A stretch of 33,939 nucleotides of DNA from Candidatus Roizmanbacteria bacterium (GCA_016206365.1 JACQRR010000053.1:1-33939); one strand, 5' to 3'; shown: positions 25,704 through 33,832, counted from the first letter of the stretch. Notes: generated from the letters alone by a model not told the origin. A program made the numbers and translations.

Positions 25704-26225
25704 TTACTTTTTCACACGATTTTTACTAAAAAGATAAATATTATAAGGTAGTTGGGCAACTAGACTTATTGTTATATCGCTAACTCTTTGAGCTAAGGCA
25801 ATAGTTGGATCACCTGTTAAGATACTAACAATACTGGAAATAGGAGCAGTGGGATCTGGATTAATACCAACAACATTCATTAATACTGTTCCTATTTCAG
25901 CTGCAATAGCATTAAATTCATGACGTTGAGGAAATGCGAATGTTAAACCACGATAAAGCGTATTTGCTTTAGCTGATCCACCAACTTTATCTCTTCGCAA
26001 AACATAATAATCTAATCCGGCAGAAGCTAAACTAAAAAGAGCATAAGCCGCGATACCTAAAGGTACTAATTCTGGATTCTCTTTCATCTTTTCACTAATT
26101 AATACTGTCCCAGCCGAATTTGCTGCAGATAATGGTAACTTACCTAAAAGTGCAACACCAAAACTACCCAAAAACGGTGTCCACTCACCTCTTTTGGGTA
26201 TTGCTACTTTTATTCTTTCTCGCAT
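25704..26225 (-). CDS. Small integral membrane protein
   Basis: 173-aa ORF with about 4 hydrophobic segments, 10 nt upstream of the kinase-like gene on the same strand. Confidence 0.55.
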   Translation of the reverse strand: MRERIKVAIPKRGEWTPFLGSFGVALLGKLPLSAANSAGTVLISEKMKENPELVPLGIAAYALFSLASAGLDYYVLRRDKVGGSAKANTLYRGLTFAFPQRHEFNAIAAEIGTVLMNVVGINPDPTAPISSIVSILTGDPTIALAQRVSDITISLVAQLPYNIYLFSKNRVKK

Positions 26226-26337
26226 ATGAATAAGCTAAAAGTATAACTAGAAATTATAACAAATAGCCTGTGAAAAATTTTTTATACCCCACTCTACAGG
26301 TAATAGTATCTGATTAATTAATCAATTAACATACACT

Positions 26338-26439
26338 AAAGCACGTGAAAAATTCCTAAAAAGTGGATTTGGCAGAAAACAACTAAAAGAAGCTTTGAAA
26401 AGAACCTTAAACTTTCCAAACATAGAGAAACTAAGTTAG
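26338..26439 (+). pseudogene. 3' fragment of a second GIY-YIG gene
   Basis: It encodes KAREKFLKSGFGRKQLKEALKRTL... and aligns without gaps to about 75 nt of the intact gene (22535..22609) with roughly a dozen mismatches (hand count). An in-frame stop lies immediately upstream (26326-26328). Confidence 0.7.
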
Positions 26440-26549
26440 ATTCTCGAAAAAGTCTTAACAATTATTGAAGTAAGTCATTTATCCTGCCTCAACAATATCT
26501 TTCACTCCAGAAGTGTTATTAGTGTTATTATAGATTAAGTATAGCAAAT

Positions 26550-27578
26550 TTAGATAATTCCTAATATTTTCGCGAAAGACTGTGCCACTATTTGAGCGAT
26601 AATTGGATGTTTGACGATTTTTTCATTTACCCATTTTGCTTCTGTTTTTAATTCTTCTAAAATACTCTTAATCTTTTGATAATTATTTTCTTTTTTAACT
26701 TCGGTTTTTAGGCTATCAACAAGTTTCAATACTTCTTTTTTATTGCTAAAGTCCTTTTTTTGAATTTCTGCTTCTATTTCAGAAAAAGCTATATTGATAT
26801 TCTGACTGTTGATGATCACAGGACTATTATCTCCTGATGTAGTTGCATTTATTTGATCTCCTGTAAATTTCTGATATATCAGCTCTGATGGAAACTTGAC
26901 GCTAAATTCGGATTGATCTTCAATGTGTTTAATTCCCTTATTTAGAATTTTAACAGTAACAATTTGTTGTGGATCACTGTGGGTACTAATAACTGCATCA
27001 ATTAGCTTATCATCTAGCAAAAAATAAAGATTTCTATAAAGAGCTTTTGCACTAACAGGTAAAAAGAACTTGATTTTATCCAAAGGCATATATGTTTGTG
27101 GATCTTCTGTCCAATAATCATGCAGTGTAGTCAAGATTTTTCGTCTAATCTGGTCATCGCTTGGTTCGGCTCCAAATATTATCCTTTGTGCTGTTTTCTC
27201 AAAACCGCCTTTTACAGCTATGCTATAAATTTTATTATCGGGTGAAAAGCCTTCGTTTGAAGTATTAAACATGAACATAAAACAGTGATGATTATCAGCA
27301 AATCTGTTTTTAATTTTTTCTAAATCTAATGGAAGATGCTGTAATAAAGCAAGATATGCTAATTCTTCTTCTGATTTATTATTAAAAGATAATCCTATTG
27401 CAACAGCTCTTGCAGTTCTAGTCCAACAAACTGAAATACAACCTATAACATCATCATTATCTGTATACAATAAATATATAAATAAGGCGGTGCGATCACC
27501 TGATTGTTGAACCGGATTTTCGGTATCGGGCTTAATATAGTAAGTATTATTTTCTATTTTAATTCTTACTTTATCCAT
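26550..27578 (-). CDS. Hypothetical protein (possible winged-helix middle region, coiled-coil plus hydrophobic C-terminal tail)
   Basis: 342-aa ORF. The central IRRKILTTLHDYW...PVSAKALYRNLYFLLDDKLID looks wHTH-like. The C-terminus has KE-rich heptads and ends IIAQIVAQSFAKILGII. No family was recognised. Confidence 0.55.
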   Translation of the reverse strand: MDKVRIKIENNTYYIKPDTENPVQQSGDRTALFIYLLYTDNDDVIGCISVCWTRTARAVAIGLSFNNKSEEELAYLALLQHLPLDLEKIKNRFADNHHCFMFMFNTSNEGFSPDNKIYSIAVKGGFEKTAQRIIFGAEPSDDQIRRKILTTLHDYWTEDPQTYMPLDKIKFFLPVSAKALYRNLYFLLDDKLIDAVISTHSDPQQIVTVKILNKGIKHIEDQSEFSVKFPSELIYQKFTGDQINATTSGDNSPVIINSQNINIAFSEIEAEIQKKDFSNKKEVLKLVDSLKTEVKKENNYQKIKSILEELKTEAKWVNEKIVKHPIIAQIVAQSFAKILGII

Positions 27579-27591
27579 TTCTTAATTATAC

Positions 27592-27624
27592 AAAAACCCG
27601 CCATGACTTTTCGGTAGTGGGCGG
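27592..27624 (-). terminator. Intrinsic-terminator-like hairpin on the minus strand, immediately upstream of the 26550..27578 start
   Basis: The minus strand reads ccgcccactaccgaaaagtcatggcgg followed by gttttt, a GC stem with one bulge. A tataat follows before the ATG at 27578. Confidence 0.35.
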
Positions 27625-27748
27625 ATTGTAGGAGTGAACTTTCTGCTCTCTGAAATAGAGCGTTTATTTTAAGTCTGCATACTTTGTAAAAGAGGATCGT
27701 TATGATCATAAAAATATTTAGCTGAAAAAACTAAGAGGAAAGATCTAA

Positions 27749-27859
27749 AGTGAAATAAATCAACGAATTGATATTGAAGTAATAAATTGAAATTCTACTT
27801 TTAGAACTTTAACTAAAATTGCTAAAGCGTTAAAAATAACCTCCATCTCAACTTATTAG
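27749..27859 (+). pseudogene. Decayed XRE-family HTH gene remnant
   Basis: The frame reads SEINQRIDIEVIN-stop-NSTFRTLTKIAKALKITSISTY. The TL.KIAKAL.I segment is typical of the third helix and following region of XRE repressors. It has an internal TGA (27788) and no start. Confidence 0.35.
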
Positions 27860-27984
27860 ACAATTTCCCATTTAAAGATAGTTTTAATGAATGAGGGTTA
27901 AACTTTATTGTGTATATTAAATTATATTGTTATAATAGGCTAAAATAAAAACAGCCTGTTTTATGAAGAAATGTAAGTGTATCT

Positions 27985-28009
27985 TTAACTCAAAGTTAAT
28001 TTGAGTTAA
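27985..28009. promoter_or_regulatory. Perfect 10-bp inverted repeat 9 nt upstream of the HTH-ImmA start (likely operator)
   Basis: ttaactcaaa (27985-27994), gttaa, tttgagttaa (28000-28009). Confidence 0.5.
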
Positions 28010-28018
28010 AATGATTTT

Positions 28019-29206
28019 ATGACCAAAGTTAAAATCAATTTCAGGGGTAAAACTGTATTAATATCTTCTGACGTTTTAAGATGGGCAAGAGAAAGTATTG
28101 GAATGAGTTTAGAGCTTACTGCAAAGAAACTTAAAGTTAATGAAGGGATACTTGCTGACTGGGAAAGAATTACCTCGCCCATTCCTTTAAGTAGATTCAA
28201 ACTATTTTCTAAAGTTTATAAGCGTCCTTCTGCAGTTTTTCTATTGGATAAACCCCCTATTGAAAAACTTCCCTCTGAATTTAGAAGACATATGGAAGAA
28301 AAAAGAGTTGAGTTTACAACTAATACTTTTTTAGCAATAAGAAAAGCAAAAAGAATACAACAGACTTTTCTTGAACTTTCAGATAAAGAAGAAAATCCAT
28401 TCATTAAAAAATTAATAGCTTTTGAGAAATATAATGATCCAGAGCTAGTTGCAAGTAAAGTAGCTATATTACTAGGTCTTGACTATAAGAATATTTTAAA
28501 AACAAAAGACACTTTTACTCAATTAAAAATCTGGAAAAAAATACTTGAGTCCGTAAATATATTGGTTATTGAGCTTAAATTTAATCCCTACGAAGCTCGT
28601 GCGTTTTCTTTATATGATAAATATACTCCATTGATCGTCTTAAGCACGCAAGATCATCCTTATGCTAGAATTTTTTCATTGGCGCATGAACTAGGGCATT
28701 TTATATTCAAGTCAAATGGAATTGATATAGATTCAGATTTCAATCAAAAAAAAGAAGATAATTATTTAGAATACTTTTGTAATTACTTTGCCGGATCCTT
28801 GCTCGTTCCTAAAAATGAATTAGCGGTAATAATTAAAAACAAGGGATTTGATCGTAATAGATTTCAAGAAGAAGATTATTTAAATTCTGTTTTGTTACAG
28901 TTAAGCTCGCAATTTCAAGTGAGCACCCAAGTAATACTCCGTAGACTTTTAATTAATAACTTCATTTCTTCGGACAATTTTACTATTAAACATAAACAAT
29001 TGATTTCAAAAAAACAAATTTACAGAAAACCAATTGGAGCAGGAAATTATTACGTAAATGTGATTAAAAATTTCAGCCATCTATTTATAAGTAAACTACT
29101 TGAAGCACATAACGAAAATAAGATAACTCACTATGACTTGTTAAATTATTTAAATATTAAGAGCGAAAATGTTCCTAAATTAGAATCAAAACTTTTGCAT
29201 TATTGA
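28019..29206 (+). CDS. XRE-type HTH fused to an ImmA/IrrE-family (M78) zinc metallopeptidase
   Basis: 395-aa ORF. The N-terminal LRWARESIGMSLELTAKKLKVNEGILADWER fits an HTH. SLAHELGHFIF is the HEXXH motif in the ImmA/IrrE context. Confidence 0.85.
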   Translation: MTKVKINFRGKTVLISSDVLRWARESIGMSLELTAKKLKVNEGILADWERITSPIPLSRFKLFSKVYKRPSAVFLLDKPPIEKLPSEFRRHMEEKRVEFTTNTFLAIRKAKRIQQTFLELSDKEENPFIKKLIAFEKYNDPELVASKVAILLGLDYKNILKTKDTFTQLKIWKKILESVNILVIELKFNPYEARAFSLYDKYTPLIVLSTQDHPYARIFSLAHELGHFIFKSNGIDIDSDFNQKKEDNYLEYFCNYFAGSLLVPKNELAVIIKNKGFDRNRFQEEDYLNSVLLQLSSQFQVSTQVILRRLLINNFISSDNFTIKHKQLISKKQIYRKPIGAGNYYVNVIKNFSHLFISKLLEAHNENKITHYDLLNYLNIKSENVPKLESKLLHY

Positions 29207-29207
29207 C

Positions 29208-29681
29208 ATGCTAAATATTAATTCAAAAGCAGGATATTCTGTTGATTCAAGTTTCTTCATTCAATTAAAAAATAATGTTCCAATAAATCACTATCCATCC
29301 GTTTGGAATAAGATTAAAGATTATATTGATAGTGGTAGATTTATATCTCCTCAACCTGTCTATGATGAATTAATGAAACGTAGTGATGATCTAAACAAAT
29401 GGTTAAGCAAAAATAAAGATACAATGTTTACTCCCATTGATGATTTACTGGAATTAACGAAACAAATCTCAAAAGATTACAGTGATTTAATTGAATCTAC
29501 CTCTGACACAGAAGTTGCTGATCCATATGTTATAGCACTTGCAATAAAAGCAAGGAGAAATGTTTTGACAATTGAAAGTAAATTGGGAAAAGTTAACATT
29601 CCATATGTTTGTGATCAAATGAATGTGCCGTGCGTTAAAAAATTAGGAGAGTTTTACGTAGTAGAGAATTGGAATATCTAA
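29208..29681 (+). CDS. DUF4411 family protein (PIN-like predicted nuclease)
   Basis: 157-aa ORF. YSVDSSFFIQL, YPSVWNKI, VYDEL, DLNKW, VADPYVIALA and VNIPYVCDQMNVPCV follow the DUF4411 pattern. It starts 1 nt after the ImmA stop. Confidence 0.8.
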   Translation: MLNINSKAGYSVDSSFFIQLKNNVPINHYPSVWNKIKDYIDSGRFISPQPVYDELMKRSDDLNKWLSKNKDTMFTPIDDLLELTKQISKDYSDLIESTSDTEVADPYVIALAIKARRNVLTIESKLGKVNIPYVCDQMNVPCVKKLGEFYVVENWNI

Positions 29682-29720
29682 TTTTGATTTAGTTTTAATC
29701 GTTATATTGGTTGGAATTTT

Positions 29721-30236
29721 ATGAATATAAAGCATTTGTTTTTTACTTTAATAATTTCTGTATTAGTTGGTGGTTCAGTTTACTTTTATATGTCAAACAA
29801 AACATCGCTTAAAGAAAATTTTCCTAATGGTGTTAAAGTTGATCCAGAAGCAGGATTAAACTGTAGAGCAATATTTGGTAATTTATTATATGGAAATAAT
29901 ATCGGTCAAGATAAGGGAATTCATGCTAACTTATTTAAAGGATCAGATGAATTAGCTATTGAAACAGATAGTCAAGGCAAATTCAGTTTTATTACGAAAG
30001 CATCTGTTGGAATTGGACAAGCAAAATCAGATGAGGGTTGGAAGGTTGTAAAAAACGATAAAGAATATCTTATTGCAGTTCTAGATAAACTCGGAGACCC
30101 CATTCCTATCAGAAATTCTCATAATACTTTTATGCTCAATAAAGAGAATGGTATTGCAATATGGACAAAAACACGATTGGTCAACTTGGGTACTAACACG
30201 CCCGAAACACAATCTTATTTACTAAGGTGTAATTAG
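29721..30236 (+). CDS. Membrane-anchored or secreted hypothetical protein
   Basis: 171-aa ORF with an N-terminal TM (LFFTLIISVLVGGSVYFYM), 39 nt after the DUF4411 gene on the same strand. Confidence 0.55.
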   Translation: MNIKHLFFTLIISVLVGGSVYFYMSNKTSLKENFPNGVKVDPEAGLNCRAIFGNLLYGNNIGQDKGIHANLFKGSDELAIETDSQGKFSFITKASVGIGQAKSDEGWKVVKNDKEYLIAVLDKLGDPIPIRNSHNTFMLNKENGIAIWTKTRLVNLGTNTPETQSYLLRCN

Positions 30237-30373
30237 TTTAGTTAGAGTAAATTAGATAAAAAGTTTGATAAATTAGATTGTCATATTGTTGATCTTTTAG
30301 TTTTTTGCCTTCATTTTGTTGAAAGGTATGATTGGGTTTATAGCAGGGATAAAGAAAGGAATAGAATAAAAAG

Positions 30374-31024
30374 ATGATGCAAACTCCTAAAAAAGATAAA
30401 AGAAAAAAAATTGATCAGCTACCTTCAACTTGGAGTGATGTAGATTTTTCTTCAATGCAAGACAACGAAAAATTATATTGGTTTGAATCAAGAAGAATTA
30501 ACGCATGGTTAATAAACGATACTAAAAAAATAAAAGAAAAAGGAGAATCTATGTTTGGATTAGCAGCGATGGTTTGTGTCGGAGTTGAGTTTTTAAGTAG
30601 ATTCAGATACGGTAAAGATAAACCAAATGAATACTTTCCAAAATTTCTTGAAGAATATCTTGACAAAAAGTTTAAGTATAAAGTAAAAAAACCTTACAAT
30701 CCTAATCCTCCCGCCAATAATTATGAGAAATGGTTTTACACAAAACCTTACTTAAAGTATTCAGAAATTTTTTATTTTGGATTAAGAAATCAACTAATTC
30801 ATAATTTCTTATTAAGGCATACTGTTATTATTGAACCGTTATCAACTTTATTAAAGTGGGAAAGAAAAAAGAAAAGGTTGTTGGTTGATGTTAGATATTT
30901 GTTAATTAGTTTTGAAAATGGAATTAATAAATATCTTAAAGAACTTTGGAAATCTAAAAAGGGCGAAGAAATATATGAGAATTTCTTTTCAGTTTTTACT
31001 TTAAATTTTCAAAGGAAATTTTAA
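30374..31024 (+). CDS. Hypothetical protein with a HEPN-like Rx4H motif
   Basis: 216-aa ORF with a basic N-terminus. FYFGLRNQLIHNFLL (R138..H143; 30785-30802). The overall layout resembles the 17590..18174 product. Confidence 0.4.
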   Translation: MMQTPKKDKRKKIDQLPSTWSDVDFSSMQDNEKLYWFESRRINAWLINDTKKIKEKGESMFGLAAMVCVGVEFLSRFRYGKDKPNEYFPKFLEEYLDKKFKYKVKKPYNPNPPANNYEKWFYTKPYLKYSEIFYFGLRNQLIHNFLLRHTVIIEPLSTLLKWERKKKRLLVDVRYLLISFENGINKYLKELWKSKKGEEIYENFFSVFTLNFQRKF

Positions 31025-31200
31025 GAAATTGGTGCTCGTTATTTGAGTAATAGTTCTTTACATAGTCAACCAGAGCCAGTCAGAGCTATTTTGTTACTTT
31101 CTAGAATGTAATACCATCTCCAAATATAACTCTCTATTTCCTTAAAATTCTTTGATATGTTTTCTTTTAGCTGATTTGAAGAAACTCCCGGCATCTCCAC
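30996..31200 (-). repeat. Repeat unit B: F1 (31066..31200) overlapping F2 (30996..31079, +1 frame), abutting the attR-like tmRNA fragment
   Basis: F1-B is VEMPGVSSNQLKENISKNFKEIESYIWRWYYILESNKIALTGSG. F2-B is LALVDYVKNYYSNNEHQFLKISFENLK. The +1 frame relation is the same as in unit A. The first codons of F1-B are the reverse complement of the tmRNA 3' end. Confidence 0.6.
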
Positions 31201-31201
31201 C
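31183..31201 (+). repeat. attR-like 19-bp direct copy of the tmRNA 3' end
   Basis: aactcccggcatctccacc is identical to 22192..22210. The flanking bases differ on both sides. Confidence 0.85.
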
Positions 31202-31270
31202 TGAAGATTTAGATTAATATAACAATCTAGATATACATATACACTACTCACATTTTTAATTATCCTAATC

Positions 31271-31299
31271 TTGACATTTATAGATCGCTGTGCTATAAA
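31271..31299 (+). promoter_or_regulatory. Sigma-70-like promoter for the MTAP-like gene
   Basis: ttgaca (31271-31276), a 17-nt spacer, then tataaa (31294-31299). The ATG at 31312 implies a very short leader. Confidence 0.5.
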
Positions 31300-31311
31300 T
31301 TCACATAATTT

Positions 31312-32226
31312 ATGCCAGCCAGATCAGAACATCCTCAAGCCATTATCGGAGGAACGGGATTTTCCGAATTTGCTTCAGACTTTCAAATAATACTTACCGA
31401 TTACGGAGATGTGCGTGTTGGGCACCTTGAGCTTGGAGGTAAGGAAGTATTTTTCCTATCACGGCACCAACAACTAGAAGCTCCTCATTTAGTTAATTAC
31501 CGGGCAAATATGCAGGCACTGAAACTTCTTGATGTTAATACGATATTTGCCGTGAGCGCTTGCGGAAGATTAGCTCAAGATGTTCTCCCTGGTCATCTTG
31601 TTGGAGTAGACGATATTGATTGGGATGATGCTGGTTCTAGACCGTCTACATTTGTTGAGCCGGGATTACTTTTACATGCCTCGACAAATGAATTATTTAG
31701 TCCCGGATTAAGAACCATCTTGGCTGAATCTTGGGAAGAGGTGGAACCCGAAGTAGCTCAATTATATGATGGAACACAATTAGCGGTTGGTTACCATGAC
31801 GGCGGCACTTATTTTAATATTAATGGGCCTGCTTTTACTCCACCACATCGAGAAGCCAGATTACGTAGACAAACTGAAGATTCTAAAGTCATAGGAATGA
31901 CGCTCTTTCCAGAGACTCATTTAGCTAGAGAGATGGCGATGGCATATGCGGCAATTGGTATGTGTGTTGATCATTCCAATTTTCCGGGTGCTCCTCCAGT
32001 ATCACACGCAGAAGGAGTAATGGTAGCAGTACAAAAAACTGCACAAGCCGCATATAAGCTGATAAATCGAGCAACTAAAAATACACCTAATGATTTTTAT
32101 GATGTAGTCGCTCACGGTGCTTTTAAAAACTCACTCTTCCCGGGTCAAGTTGATTTTGATCGTTTAAAAGGAAATGGAAGAACAAATCTTGCGTTTATTT
32201 TAGATAATGCCTTAAAAAGTCAATAA
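31312..32226 (+). CDS. mtnP: S-methyl-5'-thioadenosine phosphorylase / purine nucleoside phosphorylase family
   Basis: 304-aa ORF. AIIGGTGF, FFLSRH, VNYRANMQALKLLDV, GPAFTPPHREARL, VIGMTLFPETHLAREM and CVDHS follow the MTAP/PNP (PNP_UDP_1) pattern. Confidence 0.75.
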   Translation: MPARSEHPQAIIGGTGFSEFASDFQIILTDYGDVRVGHLELGGKEVFFLSRHQQLEAPHLVNYRANMQALKLLDVNTIFAVSACGRLAQDVLPGHLVGVDDIDWDDAGSRPSTFVEPGLLLHASTNELFSPGLRTILAESWEEVEPEVAQLYDGTQLAVGYHDGGTYFNINGPAFTPPHREARLRRQTEDSKVIGMTLFPETHLAREMAMAYAAIGMCVDHSNFPGAPPVSHAEGVMVAVQKTAQAAYKLINRATKNTPNDFYDVVAHGAFKNSLFPGQVDFDRLKGNGRTNLAFILDNALKSQ

Positions 32227-32243
32227 CATAAAATTAAAGAGGA

Positions 32244-32348
32244 TTAAATACTCTCACGCGGTATAGATAGCTTTAAGCTGCGAAGTAAAGGATACCACCT
32301 CCAAATGTATTCTTCAATCTGGTTTAAACTATTTTGGAGCTTGTCCAC
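32244..32348 (-). repeat. Repeat unit C: F1 mini-ORF copy (34 aa, GTG start)
   Basis: It encodes VDKLQNSLNQIEEYIWRWYPLLRSLKLSIPRESI. The first 57 nt are 52/57 identical to unit A, and 4 of the 5 differences are synonymous in this frame. The length matches F1-A. Confidence 0.6.
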
Positions 32349-32417
32349 CAGTAAATTTTAGATTGTTACAGTAGTCCAAATATTGATAAATCTTCTTTTA
32401 TTGTTTATAATTCTCCC

Positions 32418-33602
32418 ATGTCTTATCAAGATAGAGGACGTTTTATCTCTCAATGGGAAGCTGGCATAAATCCTTTGTCCCAATTTGAGCAGAGCTTCGA
32501 AGGAACTCGCAAAGTCTTTCATAAACCTCTTTCTGCAATTTATCAAGCTCTTTTTCAAAAAGAATTAGCTAGAGGAGATATTTTAGCTTTAGGTATTGGT
32601 ACTGGACAGGTAGAAGAAATGGCTCGAGTAGACTCGCGTCGAATTAGAGCAATTGATGTTTCAATAGGTTTTTTAAATAAAGCAAGAACTAAATTACCAA
32701 AAGCTCATTTTCATCAAGGAAGAATACAAGATGTATTGCCTTCATTAGATCATCATTCCTTAGCATTTTCTTCAGATGCTCTTGACTGTATCAATCCTTT
32801 AGAACTCGGTGAGGTCTTATCACTTATTCGGAAAAAGACAGACAAATTAGTGATAGCTCAGGTTTTTATGCCAGATGATGAATTTTATTCATTTTACTTT
32901 CCACGTCCAGGAATTGGGTCTCATGGAGGACCAGGTATTGATGGTTGGAACCAAGATCAACATACTGCAGCAGAGCAGCATTTAAATAATTTAAGAATAA
33001 TTAGTCCAATAAATCAACCTGATTCTCTTTTAAAAGAAGTTCAAGCTGCAGTTCATTCTAAATTTAACTCAGAAATAAAAGGTGATATGGTAGATTTACT
33101 TGATAGTATCGGTTTCCAGTTTAGAACAATGCCACAAATACGGAATCATCGAGCTTATGCATCTGAAGTGGATCTATTTCTGGAATATATTGCAGATTAT
33201 ATCGGAAAAATGAGAGAGAACGTTCTTCCTCGACGACCTCAACCTCAAGAAGTTGCTAAATATGTTGCTGTTCATACTATACATAGACTTTCCCAGCTTT
33301 TTCACGGAACAATTCAGATGGAGCTTTTTTTCAAAACCTTTGAGGATGCTTGTTTGAAGGCAGGTTTTACAAATATTCAAAGAAAAGCTCTGGCAGCAAG
33401 TGGAGATAGAATTGTTAATGATCCGAAAATAATAGAAAACGTTAATCGATCTCTACTTGCTTCAACTCAATTGGAAATACCTGCTTCACATATAGATCAT
33501 ATTAATAGTGGCTCGTTTACAAATGGTGCGGCTATGACATTCTTTGAACCTCAATCTAATCCTTTTAACGATGCTCGTGTTCAATATTTAGTTGCTTCTT
33601 AA
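32418..33602 (+). CDS. Class I SAM-dependent methyltransferase-like protein
   Basis: 394-aa ORF. DILALGIGTGQVEEMA fits the glycine-rich SAM motif I, followed by IRAIDVS (acidic motif II-like). The long C-terminal extension is unassigned. Confidence 0.5.
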   Translation: MSYQDRGRFISQWEAGINPLSQFEQSFEGTRKVFHKPLSAIYQALFQKELARGDILALGIGTGQVEEMARVDSRRIRAIDVSIGFLNKARTKLPKAHFHQGRIQDVLPSLDHHSLAFSSDALDCINPLELGEVLSLIRKKTDKLVIAQVFMPDDEFYSFYFPRPGIGSHGGPGIDGWNQDQHTAAEQHLNNLRIISPINQPDSLLKEVQAAVHSKFNSEIKGDMVDLLDSIGFQFRTMPQIRNHRAYASEVDLFLEYIADYIGKMRENVLPRRPQPQEVAKYVAVHTIHRLSQLFHGTIQMELFFKTFEDACLKAGFTNIQRKALAASGDRIVNDPKIIENVNRSLLASTQLEIPASHIDHINSGSFTNGAAMTFFEPQSNPFNDARVQYLVAS

Positions 33603-33832
33603 ATATTCAGAAATTTAAAATTTATCTGATCTTTATAAGTTAAATAATAATTATAAACTTCGTCCGCTGTGCTCCACATACCGCCAGACGCTATATTTAT
33701 CTAGTTTTACGTGACAGATCACTCTTAAAAAGTTTTTATTTAAAAAAGTAGAAGTTAACCGCACAAATTACTGTAGGAGTCGATAGAAACAAAGATTGTA
33801 TTTATATCTTTGAACTAGGAAATTACAATTTG

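Noticed and set aside
31066-31251. The 61-aa ORF taken as an ordinary stand-alone gene from GTG 31251
   Set aside because: Only the part from 31200 downward is conserved with F1 units A and C. The upstream 17 codons cross the attR-like core into the flank. It is treated as repeat unit B rather than as a 61-aa gene.
32339-32350. gcttgtccacca (and the related 14859-14872, 24945-24952 and 22636-22645 sites) as tRNA/tmRNA 3'-end fragments marking further att sites
   Set aside because: Only the last few bases resemble an acceptor end plus CCA. No T-arm can be folded upstream, and similarity to the real tmRNA end is about 7 of 11 positions. This is kept as speculation only.
23048-33380. ORFs 23048..23236, 28006..28200, 28216..28404, 30415..30666, 32358..32558 and 33174..33380
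   Set aside because: All are antisense to or nested within longer ORFs with better support. 32358..32558 overlaps the methyltransferase-like start on the other strand.
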